Shown here: piece by piece, positions 53,781 to 63,489 of the stretch
Layout: every line of letters begins with the position of its first letter
Numbering within the stretch: the stretch's first letter is position 1
Assembly: GCA_913043225.1 (NCBI GenBank)
Contig: CAJWLU010000005.1
Span: 1 to 64,000, forward strand
Source of the DNA: an uncultured Acidobacteriota bacterium
Lineage (GTDB): Bacteria > Acidobacteriota > Vicinamibacteria > Vicinamibacterales > UBA8438
Length of the DNA stretch: 64,000 nucleotides
Direction of reading: 5' to 3'
The notes under the pieces: model-generated
Databases searched by the model: none
What the model saw: the letters and a program-made list of their open reading frames with translations, nothing else
Told to the model about the DNA's origin: nothing
Translations under genes and position numbers: made by a program

Positions 53781-55391
53781 ATGGCCGCAGCTCGCAAGCG
53801 GCGGGCCGGACCGGGACGCGCCACCGCGCCCGCCGCACCGCCTTTCCCCGTCTCGCCCTCTAGCCCGCTGCAACGCCTGGCGATTCCGCTTAGCTTGGCC
53901 CTGGCGCTGGCCCTGCTCTCGGCCACCGACCGCGTCTCCGACCAGCTCGTGCTAACCCGTTCGGTCTGGGCCGCTGCGGCCACCCTGATCGGCTGGACCC
54001 TCATGCTTGCGCTGCAGGCCCGCCGTGACGGGCGAACGGTCTCGCTGCACACGGTACTGCGTCCTCAGCACTACGTGCAGGCGATCCTCCACATTAGCGT
54101 GCTGAGCTACTGGGGTTATCACTGGCGCCCGGTCTACGACCACATCTGGCTGCTCGTCGCGCAGCTGCTCTTCGCCTACGCGTTCGATATGCTCCTGTCG
54201 TGGTCGCGGCGGGAGAGCTACGGTCTGGGATTTGGCCCATTCCCCATCATCTTCAGCACTAATCTGTTCCTCTGGTTTCGAGACGACTGGTTCTATCTGC
54301 AGTTCCTGATGCTGGCCGCAGGGTTCATGGGGAAGGCGTTCGTCCGATGGGAGCGGGACGGGCATCGCACGCACATATTCAATCCTTCGGCTTTCTCTCT
54401 GGGGCTGTTCTCGCTGGTCCTGATCGCCACCGGCACCACCAGTCTGACCTGGGGCCAGGAGATCGCATCCACCCTGACTCTGGCGCCCCGGATCTACCTG
54501 TTTCTCTTTGCCATTGGCCTGGTGGCGATGTACGCATTCTCGATCACACTCGTCGCCGGCACCGCCGCCATCGTGCTGTTCGGTGCCAGCGCACTCTACT
54601 CCGCCGTCACCGGTGTGCCGTACTTCATCGACTCTGAGATCCCGAGCGCGGTCTTTCTTGGCCTCCACCTCCTCGTCACCGACCCATCGACCTCACCCAG
54701 GACCCCGCTCGGCAAGGCGGTCTTCGGCTTCGGCTACGGCCTGGGCGTGTTCCTGCTCTATGCGGTACTCGGCCTCCTTGGGGTGCCGACCTTCTACGAC
54801 AAGCTGCTCGGCGTCCCGCTGCTGAACCTCAGCGCCCGGTGGATCGACCGGGTCGTGGCTCGCCTCCGCGAAGGCAACCGGCTGGAACACTGGAGCCCGT
54901 CCTGGGCCCCGGCACAGGCCAACCTGGTATTCATGACCGGCTGGATCCTGTTCTTCGGGGCGATGACGCTGGTGGGCGCCACCGACCGCCGCCACCGGGG
55001 TGACACCGTGCCGTTCTGGGAGACAGCCTGTGCCGAAGGGCGGCCACAGGCGTGTGAGCGGTTGCTCCAGATCCAGACCAACTACTGCGGCGATAACGCC
55101 GGCTGGGCCTGCAACGAACTGGGCCGCTACTACGCGGAGGGCGTCGTCGTCGAACCCGATCTCGATCGAGCCCGGTCGTCGTTCGCCCAGGCGTGCGAGC
55201 TGCGCTTCCAGGCCGGGTGTCTGAACCTGCTTCGGGCGGACGGCTGGCTCAGCTCGGAGCCCCGACCGATCGACTATCGCCTCCTGTTAAGGGAGGCCGG
55301 CCCGAACCTCGTCGACATGCCCGAGGCCGCCCTGCTGCCTCGGGCTTGCGCGCACGGCTGGCGTTCAGCCTGCGGGAAGGCAACGCCATGA
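53781..55391 (+). CDS. RnfD/NqrB-superfamily (UnbU-like) membrane protein with C-terminal Cys-paired Sel1-like repeats; start uncertain
   Basis: HIFNPSAF and TDPSTSP motifs, many transmembrane helices; four C-x7-C pairs at the C-terminus. Confidence 0.65.
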   Translation: MAAARKRRAGPGRATAPAAPPFPVSPSSPLQRLAIPLSLALALALLSATDRVSDQLVLTRSVWAAAATLIGWTLMLALQARRDGRTVSLHTVLRPQHYVQAILHISVLSYWGYHWRPVYDHIWLLVAQLLFAYAFDMLLSWSRRESYGLGFGPFPIIFSTNLFLWFRDDWFYLQFLMLAAGFMGKAFVRWERDGHRTHIFNPSAFSLGLFSLVLIATGTTSLTWGQEIASTLTLAPRIYLFLFAIGLVAMYAFSITLVAGTAAIVLFGASALYSAVTGVPYFIDSEIPSAVFLGLHLLVTDPSTSPRTPLGKAVFGFGYGLGVFLLYAVLGLLGVPTFYDKLLGVPLLNLSARWIDRVVARLREGNRLEHWSPSWAPAQANLVFMTGWILFFGAMTLVGATDRRHRGDTVPFWETACAEGRPQACERLLQIQTNYCGDNAGWACNELGRYYAEGVVVEPDLDRARSSFAQACELRFQAGCLNLLRADGWLSSEPRPIDYRLLLREAGPNLVDMPEAALLPRACAHGWRSACGKATP

Positions 55392-56335
55392 GTAATCCTT
55401 CTCCTCCCGCTCCCGCCTCCAGCGGATCACACCTCGGGCTGACTCTCCTGGCGCTGCTCGTGACCGGAGTCGGCGCCTGGATGTTCACGCAGACCCCAGC
55501 GCCGATCAGGAATGGCAACCTGGCCGGCTCCGCGCCTCCTCCAGCGCTCACAGGGTTCCGATCCGACGCCTGGATGCTGCCGAACGAGCCGGAGCTCGGC
55601 TTCGTCGAGATTCCTGCCGGCCCGTTCCTGATGGGCGGCATCCCGACCACCGACCCTGGAGCGTTCGAGAACGAACGCTGGTCGGCCACACTCCCGCGGG
55701 GCACCCTCACTCTCCCCGCCTACTACCTGTCTCGCTACGAAGTCACGACCGCCCAGTACGCCGCGTTCGTGGCCGACACCGGCTACGAGGCGGCGGCCGA
55801 TACCCTCGCCGGACCCGGGGACCACCCGGTCACCCATGTCTCCTGGCCGGACGCCCTGGCTTACGCGGACTGGCTCACCGTCAAGCTCGCCGCAGACCCG
55901 AACACGCCGGAGGTGCTGCGCCAACGCCTGGAGGCCGGGTGGCGCGTGTCGCTGCCGACCGAGGCGCAGTGGGAGAAGGCGGCGCGCGGGAGCGACGGCC
56001 GCGTGTACCCGTGGGGCGCCGACGCCGACCGCACGCGCGCCAACTTCCAGGGACAAACGACAGTGCCAGTGGGCAGCTATCGCTGCGACGACTGCCCGTA
56101 CGGGCTGGCCGACATGAGCGGCAACGTCTGGGAATGGACCCGGAGCCCCTATCAGCCCTACCCCTTCACCGTCGACGACGACAGCGACTCGCTGCGCGAC
56201 GATGCGCTCTGGGTGATGCGGGGCGGCTCTTTTACCGATCCGGAACGCAACATACGCACCGGCACCCGCGGCGGCGGCGACCCGGGCGCCCGTCGTCCGT
56301 TCATGGGATTCCGGGTAGCGCTGTCCGGACCCTGA
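55388..56335 (+). CDS. FGE-sulfatase (SUMF1/EgtB/PvdO) domain protein
   Basis: YEVT, HPVTHVSW, LPTEAQWEKAARG, YGLADMSGNVWEW, RGGSF, GFR; ATGA overlap with the upstream gene. Confidence 0.9.
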   Translation: MSNPSPPAPASSGSHLGLTLLALLVTGVGAWMFTQTPAPIRNGNLAGSAPPPALTGFRSDAWMLPNEPELGFVEIPAGPFLMGGIPTTDPGAFENERWSATLPRGTLTLPAYYLSRYEVTTAQYAAFVADTGYEAAADTLAGPGDHPVTHVSWPDALAYADWLTVKLAADPNTPEVLRQRLEAGWRVSLPTEAQWEKAARGSDGRVYPWGADADRTRANFQGQTTVPVGSYRCDDCPYGLADMSGNVWEWTRSPYQPYPFTVDDDSDSLRDDALWVMRGGSFTDPERNIRTGTRGGGDPGARRPFMGFRVALSGP

Positions 56336-56342
56336 CCGACTA

Positions 56343-57476
56343 CTACTGCCCGGCCGCCTTCCGCACGTCCTCTTCGAGAATCCGTGCGCCACGCAAAATG
56401 CCACCGAATGAATAGTTCGCCTCGTGGCACGCGTACTCGTAGGCCTTGTGGTCAGACGCCGGCCAGACATATTCGCCGGTCCAGGGAGCGGTCCAGACGT
56501 TTGGGTCCTCGACGGTGAAGTTGTAGAGCAGCGTATCAGCGTTGACACGGGTGAACCGCTCCACGACGTGCAAATCGCGGCTCGCTCCCCCGAGCGAAGG
56601 ATTGTCGGTAAAATTGGTGGTATCGATCACCAACGTGTCCCCTTCCCACCATCCGATCGAGTCGCCCAGCCACCGTCGAATCTCGGGCGGCTCGTGCTCG
56701 GCGTTCATGCGGATAATGCGCGCATCGTGCACCATTTCCACCAGGATCATGACGGTGTCCTCGGTTTGCACAATCCGTTTCATGTTGTTGTAGAGCACCG
56801 AGAGCATCGGCGGCCCTGCCGTCGAGCCGAACCCCATCAAGCATCGCTCCGCGTGGGGGCGATCTTCCGGGTTGTCGTACGGACCCGGCGCGTCGAGGTC
56901 GTCCTCGATCCACCAGGCGGTCCCGGTGTTCTCCCGGAAGGAGCCGGCGCGAGCGGCGGCGGCCGCGCGCCACTCCTCTGTCCGCGGCGGCTGACGCCCG
57001 TTCGCCGGGTCGATGATGATGGAAGTCCGATACTCCCCATCGATCATGAACCCGTCGTCGCCCCGGTCGATCCAGAAGGTGTTGTAGCCGCCGACGTTCC
57101 CCGCTGCACCACCGGAACCGTCACCACCAGCCGGCGGCGCCTCGCGATTGCCGTCTCCAGTCTCGAATCCCGTGACCGTCTCGTTATTACGGACCGCCTC
57201 CCGCTCATCCGAACCGGCGGGAGCAAGGTTGAATACCTGGGCCAGACCATCGGGGTCGGACTGAATAACCGCCAGCTCCTCAGCAGTCAGTGACATCCGC
57301 TCGCCAAACTCGCGTGGACGCTGCAACGGGGTCACCGTCGCTATGTCGTAGGTCCCTGACAGATCGGGACGGCCCGATGGCGTCCGCGGAATGCCATCTC
57401 TCTGCGCCGTCGCCGGTGGCGCCATGACCACGGTTACCGCACACACGCCAAGCATTGTCGTGAGTAGCTTGCTCAT
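56343..57476 (-). CDS. Secreted uncharacterised protein, EYACHEGN family paralog 5
   Basis: GRPDLSGTY, ERCLMG, VEMVH, WWEGDTLVIDT, YEYACHEANY. Confidence 0.8.
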   Translation of the reverse strand: MSKLLTTMLGVCAVTVVMAPPATAQRDGIPRTPSGRPDLSGTYDIATVTPLQRPREFGERMSLTAEELAVIQSDPDGLAQVFNLAPAGSDEREAVRNNETVTGFETGDGNREAPPAGGDGSGGAAGNVGGYNTFWIDRGDDGFMIDGEYRTSIIIDPANGRQPPRTEEWRAAAAARAGSFRENTGTAWWIEDDLDAPGPYDNPEDRPHAERCLMGFGSTAGPPMLSVLYNNMKRIVQTEDTVMILVEMVHDARIIRMNAEHEPPEIRRWLGDSIGWWEGDTLVIDTTNFTDNPSLGGASRDLHVVERFTRVNADTLLYNFTVEDPNVWTAPWTGEYVWPASDHKAYEYACHEANYSFGGILRGARILEEDVRKAAGQ

Positions 57477-57540
57477 CAGTTGCTTCCTGTCCAGCGGATC
57501 TCTCCTGGCCCTGCTGCCGACCAAGTCTTCAGCATAGCGT

Positions 57541-59019
57541 TCAGCGAGCCAGCTCGGAGAGACCTCGCTCGAAGAGCTGTTGAATACGCCCGCTCGTTCG
57601 AAACTCATCGAGAATGGCGGCCCGCCGGCTCGTCCGAAGGTTGCCGATGATATAGGCCAACATAGTGCCCATCACCGCGCCTTCTTCGGTTTCCGTGTCG
57701 AGAAATCTGTGCTGGAACCCGCGGAGCGTCTGTTCGAACGACGCCTCATGCCAGCGCTCCACGCTCGCATCGAGCTGAACGAACTCCGACAGCACGGCGG
57801 TGTACGCGTCGCTCGGCGGTCGCTGCCAGAACGACACGTCTGGCCCGAACGCCTCCACGTAGGAGGGCAGGTAAAGATTCGCGCGGGCCGGTACCCTGCG
57901 GATCAACGCCGGATTGAACCGCTTGATCTCATCCCGCGAAAGCCCGGTCTTCGCGGTCACCTCAGTCAGCGGGATATCCCGAGGCGCTCGCATAGCAAAA
58001 ATCTGGTCCTGCGAGGTGGACTCGAGCAACCGCTCCACGTTGATTGTGTTGCCGAACACCATCTCGGCATACAGGAACGAACGAGGCCCGTAGGTCCTGA
58101 AGAGGTCCCGGTACCGCCGGATCGAGATGCCCCGTAGATCGCGAGCGAATTCGGCTCCCATCAAGTACTGCTCGCGGGTGTCTCCACCCCCGAGCCTCTC
58201 GCCGTTGATCACCGTCCGCCCCACATTAACGCCACCGGCATGATGCTCAGACAGCGCCGGAATGAAGCTGCCATACATGGTCGCGAGAATCGTCAGATGG
58301 GCCGCACAGTAGGGAGCCTGCGTCGTCTGGTTGTATTCCTCGATGACGTTCGGCGCCAACCTGTTGAGATGGCTCCAATTGCGCCGCAGCCACTGACAGA
58401 ACCCCCTCGCGTTGGCTCCTGACCGCGCGCGACCGTTGAGCCCAGACTCGACGATGGCCTGCGCCAACCCGATCTGGGGCGGCACGGCGAACCGCTCGTA
58501 GATGGCCCCCCACTCGTCAAGGAAGCTCCCGTAACGCGCCGCGTGCGGCTCGAGGAATCGGCCCCGCGTCGGGTTGTGCACGACGTCGCCCACTAATGGC
58601 GCCAGCGCCTCCTCGACCTGATCACGCCGATCCCGGAGTCGTCGGGTCAGCCGGACGCCGTCGAGCGCCCGCCTGAGCGCCGGATCCGTCCACACGCCAT
58701 CACGAGCCCAGTTCCCTCTGGTCGGAAAGGTCGCCAGCAACCGGCCATCCTCGGCGCTCCCAAAGATGATGCTGCCGTCAGGAATCTGAAAGATGTGCTG
58801 CCAGAAGGGATAAGCCGGACGGAAGTCCCGCACGGCGGCCAAGTCCGCATGATAGCGGGCCTCGGCATGATCCTGCGCGGACAGGGCGGTGCGGGGAGGT
58901 GCCTCAACGGACACGGGTGGTTCTTGGACCAACAGTGCCTGAAGCGACACGGAGACGTCAGCCGGCGCAACAACGAGCGCGACGGCTAAGAACGCGGCCA
59001 GGCCGGCGAAATGTCTCAT
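57541..59019 (-). CDS. Lytic transglycosylase (SLT/MltD-like) domain protein
   Basis: AIVESG, ARSGANARGFCQW; LysM-like EIKRFNPAL; signal peptide. Confidence 0.7.
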   Translation of the reverse strand: MRHFAGLAAFLAVALVVAPADVSVSLQALLVQEPPVSVEAPPRTALSAQDHAEARYHADLAAVRDFRPAYPFWQHIFQIPDGSIIFGSAEDGRLLATFPTRGNWARDGVWTDPALRRALDGVRLTRRLRDRRDQVEEALAPLVGDVVHNPTRGRFLEPHAARYGSFLDEWGAIYERFAVPPQIGLAQAIVESGLNGRARSGANARGFCQWLRRNWSHLNRLAPNVIEEYNQTTQAPYCAAHLTILATMYGSFIPALSEHHAGGVNVGRTVINGERLGGGDTREQYLMGAEFARDLRGISIRRYRDLFRTYGPRSFLYAEMVFGNTINVERLLESTSQDQIFAMRAPRDIPLTEVTAKTGLSRDEIKRFNPALIRRVPARANLYLPSYVEAFGPDVSFWQRPPSDAYTAVLSEFVQLDASVERWHEASFEQTLRGFQHRFLDTETEEGAVMGTMLAYIIGNLRTSRRAAILDEFRTSGRIQQLFERGLSELAR

Positions 59020-59064
59020 GTGACGCGACGGCCCGCATTTTACACGAGGACTATACTCGCCGCC

Positions 59065-59547
59065 ATGGGCTTGCCCCAGACGCTACTCGACTCGGCACGC
59101 CCCCGTTGGTCGCACCGGGATCCGGTCGAAGGTGGCAACCCGTTTCCCCCTGGCGACCCGAACGCCGCTCGGTGGGCCGAGGCCACCGCGACCGCCCGCG
59201 CCCGTCTTCGCGCCCACGACGCACGACTAGCCGAGACCGCTGACGTGACCCTCGACCCGGCACGCTACCGGGCCCAGATAGTGGGGTTGGCCGGCGCCCG
59301 CTTCGACACCTGGGCCGAGCGGCTGCTCGTCGTGCTCGACGACGAGGCGAGACGTGCGGAGGGCCGCCTATGGCTGGACCGCTATGTCGACAACTGGCTC
59401 GCGTACGCCACCGACACCTTGCCACACGTAACGTTCGGGACCGACCTTGAGGATCGCCTCCGCGCCCGCGCGCGTTACTGGTCCGGTCCAGGCCAGTCTG
59501 ATTCGACAGCGCAGTCCCCGACGACTCCCCCTATAATGGGCCGTTGA
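59065..59547 (+). CDS. Hypothetical protein
   Basis: Fills the intergenic space with coding-like composition; no recognised motif. Confidence 0.55.
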   Translation: MGLPQTLLDSARPRWSHRDPVEGGNPFPPGDPNAARWAEATATARARLRAHDARLAETADVTLDPARYRAQIVGLAGARFDTWAERLLVVLDDEARRAEGRLWLDRYVDNWLAYATDTLPHVTFGTDLEDRLRARARYWSGPGQSDSTAQSPTTPPIMGR

Positions 59548-59624
59548 CATCACGTCCTGTGGCGGCCGCTCTATGTCCGCACGAGCGCCGGCTTGCCGGC
59601 AACAGACCCAAGAGAGGGATTGGC

Positions 59625-60083
59625 ATGAAGAAAGTAATTTTCGCCCTGAGCATCGTGATTGGCCTCAGCTTCGCCGGGACGGCCCAGGCCCAGGGCCCGC
59701 CGGACGCCTGCGGCCCCAAGGCCCAATTGCCAAGTGACTTCCAGCAGAATGTGGGCGCGGACGCCCGCTGCTACGAGCTCAGGATGTACACGGCTGATCC
59801 GGAGCGTGGGGGAGACATCAACACCCTACACCAGCGCTTCCGCGAGGAAGAAGTAGCCATCTTCGAGAAGCACGGGGCCGAGGTGGTCGCCGTCTGGCAG
59901 CGTCTCGACAACCCGAACACTCTCGTCTGGATGCTCGCCTACCGCGACATGGAGCACCGCCGACAGGTGTGGGCAGACTTTGCCGCCGACCCGGCGTGGG
60001 AGGCTCTGCTGGCGAAGTACCCGGTGCCCATCTCGATCGAGCAGTACTGGATGAGCTCCTCGGATTACTCGAACACGAAGTAG
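59625..60083 (+). CDS. Secreted NIPSNAP-family protein
   Basis: Signal peptide MKKVIFAL; YELRMY, LVWMLAY, WADFAADPAW. Confidence 0.82.
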   Translation: MKKVIFALSIVIGLSFAGTAQAQGPPDACGPKAQLPSDFQQNVGADARCYELRMYTADPERGGDINTLHQRFREEEVAIFEKHGAEVVAVWQRLDNPNTLVWMLAYRDMEHRRQVWADFAADPAWEALLAKYPVPISIEQYWMSSSDYSNTK

Positions 60084-60731
60084 TCACTCGGTACGGAGGG
60101 GGTTGATCGCCGGGTGACCGGCGATCAACCCCAGCGCCTTCCGCAGTAGGCTTCGCCCTGGCTCCATGCGAGGCCACGGGCTGGCCCCAGACGGGTGCGG
60201 CAGCGGTATCAGATCCGCCTCGCGGTCCTTCACCGTCACCCGAAAAGACCGCCCGACCGCGTCACCGAGCCCGGTGTACGGAATGAACTGTCCGATCGCG
60301 AGCTTGCCGACGGGAATGATGAGGTCCGGTCGAAGGATCTCGAACTCCGCCTCAAGCCAGCTGGCACAGGTCGTCACCTCCTGGGATGTTGGCACCCGAT
60401 CCCCGCCGCGTGGCTTCTTACCAGGAAAACACCGGCAAACGGCGGCCATGTAGATGCTGGTGCGGAACTGTGCCTCGCTCAGCCCACACGCCTCGTCGAA
60501 CCAGCTGAACAGGGTCCGACCGGCCGTCCAGGCGAAGGGACGGCCCAGCACCGGCTCCCGGTCGCCGGGCGCCTGGCCGACCAGCAGGACCTTGCTGACC
60601 ACCGGCCCGCCACTCACCGCCGGACGGTGCATATTCGAACAGGCCTCGCACGACCGAAGCGCCTCGACATGTGCCGTCAGCCTGCGGGCGATAGCACCCG
60701 CGTCCTGGCGATCTGACGAGGGCGGCGTCAC
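60084..60731 (-). CDS. Uracil-DNA glycosylase family protein (family 4/5-like, Cys cluster)
   Basis: CEAC, GQAPG, CRCFPG, LPHPSG. Confidence 0.88.
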   Translation of the reverse strand: MTPPSSDRQDAGAIARRLTAHVEALRSCEACSNMHRPAVSGGPVVSKVLLVGQAPGDREPVLGRPFAWTAGRTLFSWFDEACGLSEAQFRTSIYMAAVCRCFPGKKPRGGDRVPTSQEVTTCASWLEAEFEILRPDLIIPVGKLAIGQFIPYTGLGDAVGRSFRVTVKDREADLIPLPHPSGASPWPRMEPGRSLLRKALGLIAGHPAINPLRTE

Positions 60732-61945
60732 TCGTCCTGTGCTGGTTCGACGCGGAGGAGCGCGCCGTTGTCGGCGTCAGTGAGCAGGTAGAGCAGGCCG
60801 TCGGGACCCTGCCGGACGTCACGGATACGCTGCCGCAGGTCGGCGAAGAGCGACTCCCGGATCGCTTCCTGCCCCTGATCGTTGAAGACGATCCGTTGCA
60901 GGTGACCGGTGTTGCGGACGCCGCCGATGCGAAGCGACCCGACGAACAGGTTACCCCGCCAGGCCGGGAACCGGTCACCGTCGTAGAAAACCATGCCCGA
61001 CGGGGCAATCGCAGGCAACCAAACGATCTCGGCGCCCCGCATCCCCTCCTGCCAGGTCCGCTCGGCCACCCGTCCCCCGGAATAATCCCGGCTGTACGAG
61101 ACCACCGGCCAACCGTAGTTGGCGCCTGGCAGGATCAGATTGACCTCGTCGCCCCCGAGCGGACCGTTCTCATGAGCCCACACGCCACCCGTCTCCGGAT
61201 GAATGGTCAACCCGAGCTGGTTGCGGTGCCCAAGCGAGTAGACCTCCGGCCGGCGGCCGTCCAGCCCAACAAACGGGTTGTCTGGCGGCACGCCCCCGTC
61301 GTCGGTTAGCCGCAGGAGCTTTCCCACCGTGTCCGCCGGATCCTGGGCGCGCGCGCCGATATTTGTGGCGCCGTATCTGAACGCCCCACCCACCGTGACG
61401 TAGAGGAACCCCTCGTCGTCGAATACTAGTCGCGAGGCCGCCGTCCCATCAGCGCGCAGGAGGTCAGACAGAAAGATGTCTTCCACTTCCTTGAGCGCCG
61501 TGCCCTCCAGTCGGCCTCGGGCCACCGCCACCCGGACTCCGTCTTCGCCTGGCTTCGAGTAGGTCAGGTAGACCAATTGGTTGTTGCCGAAATCCGGATG
61601 CAGTGCCACGTCCATCAGGCCGGCCAAGCCACGCGCGTGCACCCTGGGCACGCCGGTGATCGGCGCCGGTCCGGCCGACCCCTCGCGAACAAGCTGGAGC
61701 GCGCCGCCCCGCTCGGTGACGAGCAGGTGGCCATCGGGCAGGAAAGCTAGGCCCCACGGATGCTCCAGTCCATCGGTCACCACGACGACACGCACTTGCA
61801 GTTGTGCGGCCGTCTCGAAAACGACCGGCTCGGTCGGCAGCGCTCGCGGCAGGAGCGCGGCCGGCTGGGCCGAGGCGAGGACAGCGCCAGCGAACGACAG
61901 TCCGGCGGCAAGCGCGGCAAAACGGAGGGGCCTTCTCATGGTCAT
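60728..61945 (-). CDS. PQQ-dependent sugar dehydrogenase (Asd/YliI, GSDH family)
   Basis: LEHPWGLAFLPDG, GLMDVALHPDF, GHRNQLG, GGDEVN, GANYGWP, RIRDVRQGPDG. Confidence 0.9.
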   Translation of the reverse strand: MTMRRPLRFAALAAGLSFAGAVLASAQPAALLPRALPTEPVVFETAAQLQVRVVVVTDGLEHPWGLAFLPDGHLLVTERGGALQLVREGSAGPAPITGVPRVHARGLAGLMDVALHPDFGNNQLVYLTYSKPGEDGVRVAVARGRLEGTALKEVEDIFLSDLLRADGTAASRLVFDDEGFLYVTVGGAFRYGATNIGARAQDPADTVGKLLRLTDDGGVPPDNPFVGLDGRRPEVYSLGHRNQLGLTIHPETGGVWAHENGPLGGDEVNLILPGANYGWPVVSYSRDYSGGRVAERTWQEGMRGAEIVWLPAIAPSGMVFYDGDRFPAWRGNLFVGSLRIGGVRNTGHLQRIVFNDQGQEAIRESLFADLRQRIRDVRQGPDGLLYLLTDADNGALLRVEPAQDE

Positions 61946-63480
61946 CGGCTCGATCGTGCCGGCGCGGCCTGGAGCTCCTCTAGATTCAGCTCGTTCGCCT
62001 GGTCGAGAATCTTAGCGAACGCCCGCGCGGCCGACTCTAAGCCGGCGGCTGGGACGAGCTCCGGCACATCGCCGTCCGTGTGCTTGTGCTCGGGCGACCG
62101 GATGAGCTGGACCGACGGCGCCTCCTTGTCGATCGCCATCATCTCTCCGGTGGCGCGACCATCCATCTCCCCGATGACAGTCACTCCAAAGGTTCGGTAG
62201 GCATCGAGTGTGATGTCGAGCAGCCGCTGACTTCCGTGCACCCACCACCGGCGAGGCGAGACCGTATTGGTCAGCCTCAGCTCGTTGTTGAAGGCGACGA
62301 ACTGGGTCGGCGCGATGTGCTCGCAGTTGATCATCAGCGCCGTGTTCTCGAGCAGACCCTGGTCGCGAAGATAGAGGGCACTAGGCGACCCCACGTGGTG
62401 ACCCGCCGTCCCGATGAACACGATGTTCCGGCGCCGCTCAGACATCGGGACGCCAGCGAAGTGATCGGCTAGTCCGATCATCACTGCCATGCCCGACGCA
62501 TTGTCAAGTGCCGCATCGTAGTACCCGTCCATGTGGGCCATCACGTAGATGGTCTCGTCGGTCATGCCCGGCAGCGTCCCAAAGATGCTTGGGCTCGACA
62601 ACCCCTCACGTGTCTCCGCCTCGACCCGCGCCGAGATCGTCACGGGTTCGCCGGCAGCCACGAGGTCTCTCAGCTTCCGACCGTCTTCAAATCCCAAGAA
62701 GAACCCGGGGGTCGAGACAATCTGGTTGACGTAGCGAGAGGTCCCATCGTCGTTGCGGACCATCTGAAATGCGTTGGTGCGCTGCCAGATCGCGAAGTTC
62801 CCACCGTAGCCCCAGACGCCGAGGATGAGCGCGGCCCCGGCCTCCTCGGCCCGGATGGTCGCGCCCTCCCAGGAGGCGGAGTTCCCCATCTGGCCGGGCG
62901 CCAGGATGGTCTGGATGATCACCGCCTTGCCGGCAATATCGCGCCCGGCAAAATCGGCCGCGGTCCCGAGACCGACCCAGACCGCCTCCACGCCGTCGAG
63001 CTCAAGCGTTTGCGACCCCATCGCCGGATTGGCCGACATGAATGTCAGCGTGTCGTCGCCGGCCGACGCGGCCAGGTCCCAGTCGACCGGGAACCACTGG
63101 GGTCCAAGATCGAAGTCGACTCGATGGATATCGTGCATGCCAAGCCGCCGGAATTGCGCCTCGGTCCAATCGGCGGCCATTACCTCGTACTGGGTGCCCG
63201 AGATCCGTCCCCAGTAACGGTTCCCGTCGTCACGGCTACGGCGCGAAAAAGCCACCACCTCTTCCAACCAGATCTTCAGCCGCCTGCCCTCGATATCAGC
63301 GTAGACCGCGTCTTCATCGGAGAGCGCGCGCCGGAGGTGGTCATACGCTTCTTCCCGCACAAACCCGTTGGCATCGACTAACGGCTGAGCGGTGACCCCG
63401 CTCGCAGCGGCGGACAGCACCAAAGCCACTCCCGTCCACCGTCGCGCACCCGCACACCAGCGTTTCGGCATCTGTGACAT
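61942..63480 (-). CDS. Secreted M28-family peptidase with PA domain
   Basis: AHMDG, ALDNASG, VGLGTAADF PA segment, HKHT. Confidence 0.75.
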   Translation of the reverse strand: MSQMPKRWCAGARRWTGVALVLSAAASGVTAQPLVDANGFVREEAYDHLRRALSDEDAVYADIEGRRLKIWLEEVVAFSRRSRDDGNRYWGRISGTQYEVMAADWTEAQFRRLGMHDIHRVDFDLGPQWFPVDWDLAASAGDDTLTFMSANPAMGSQTLELDGVEAVWVGLGTAADFAGRDIAGKAVIIQTILAPGQMGNSASWEGATIRAEEAGAALILGVWGYGGNFAIWQRTNAFQMVRNDDGTSRYVNQIVSTPGFFLGFEDGRKLRDLVAAGEPVTISARVEAETREGLSSPSIFGTLPGMTDETIYVMAHMDGYYDAALDNASGMAVMIGLADHFAGVPMSERRRNIVFIGTAGHHVGSPSALYLRDQGLLENTALMINCEHIAPTQFVAFNNELRLTNTVSPRRWWVHGSQRLLDITLDAYRTFGVTVIGEMDGRATGEMMAIDKEAPSVQLIRSPEHKHTDGDVPELVPAAGLESAARAFAKILDQANELNLEELQAAPARSSR

Positions 63481-63489
63481 CGCCGTCCC

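Noticed and set aside
38033..55391. Enediyne or other secondary-metabolite cluster suggested by UnbV- and UnbU-like genes
   Set aside because: There are no PKS, NRPS or thioesterase genes, the two genes are 14 kb apart, and these families are widespread outside enediyne clusters.
53781..55391. Canonical Rnf or Nqr complex
   Set aside because: No other subunits lie nearby and no flavinylation motif is visible.
59533..59550. TATAAT and TTGACA hexamers upstream of the NIPSNAP gene
   Set aside because: They are in the wrong order for one sigma70 promoter, so I could not support a call.
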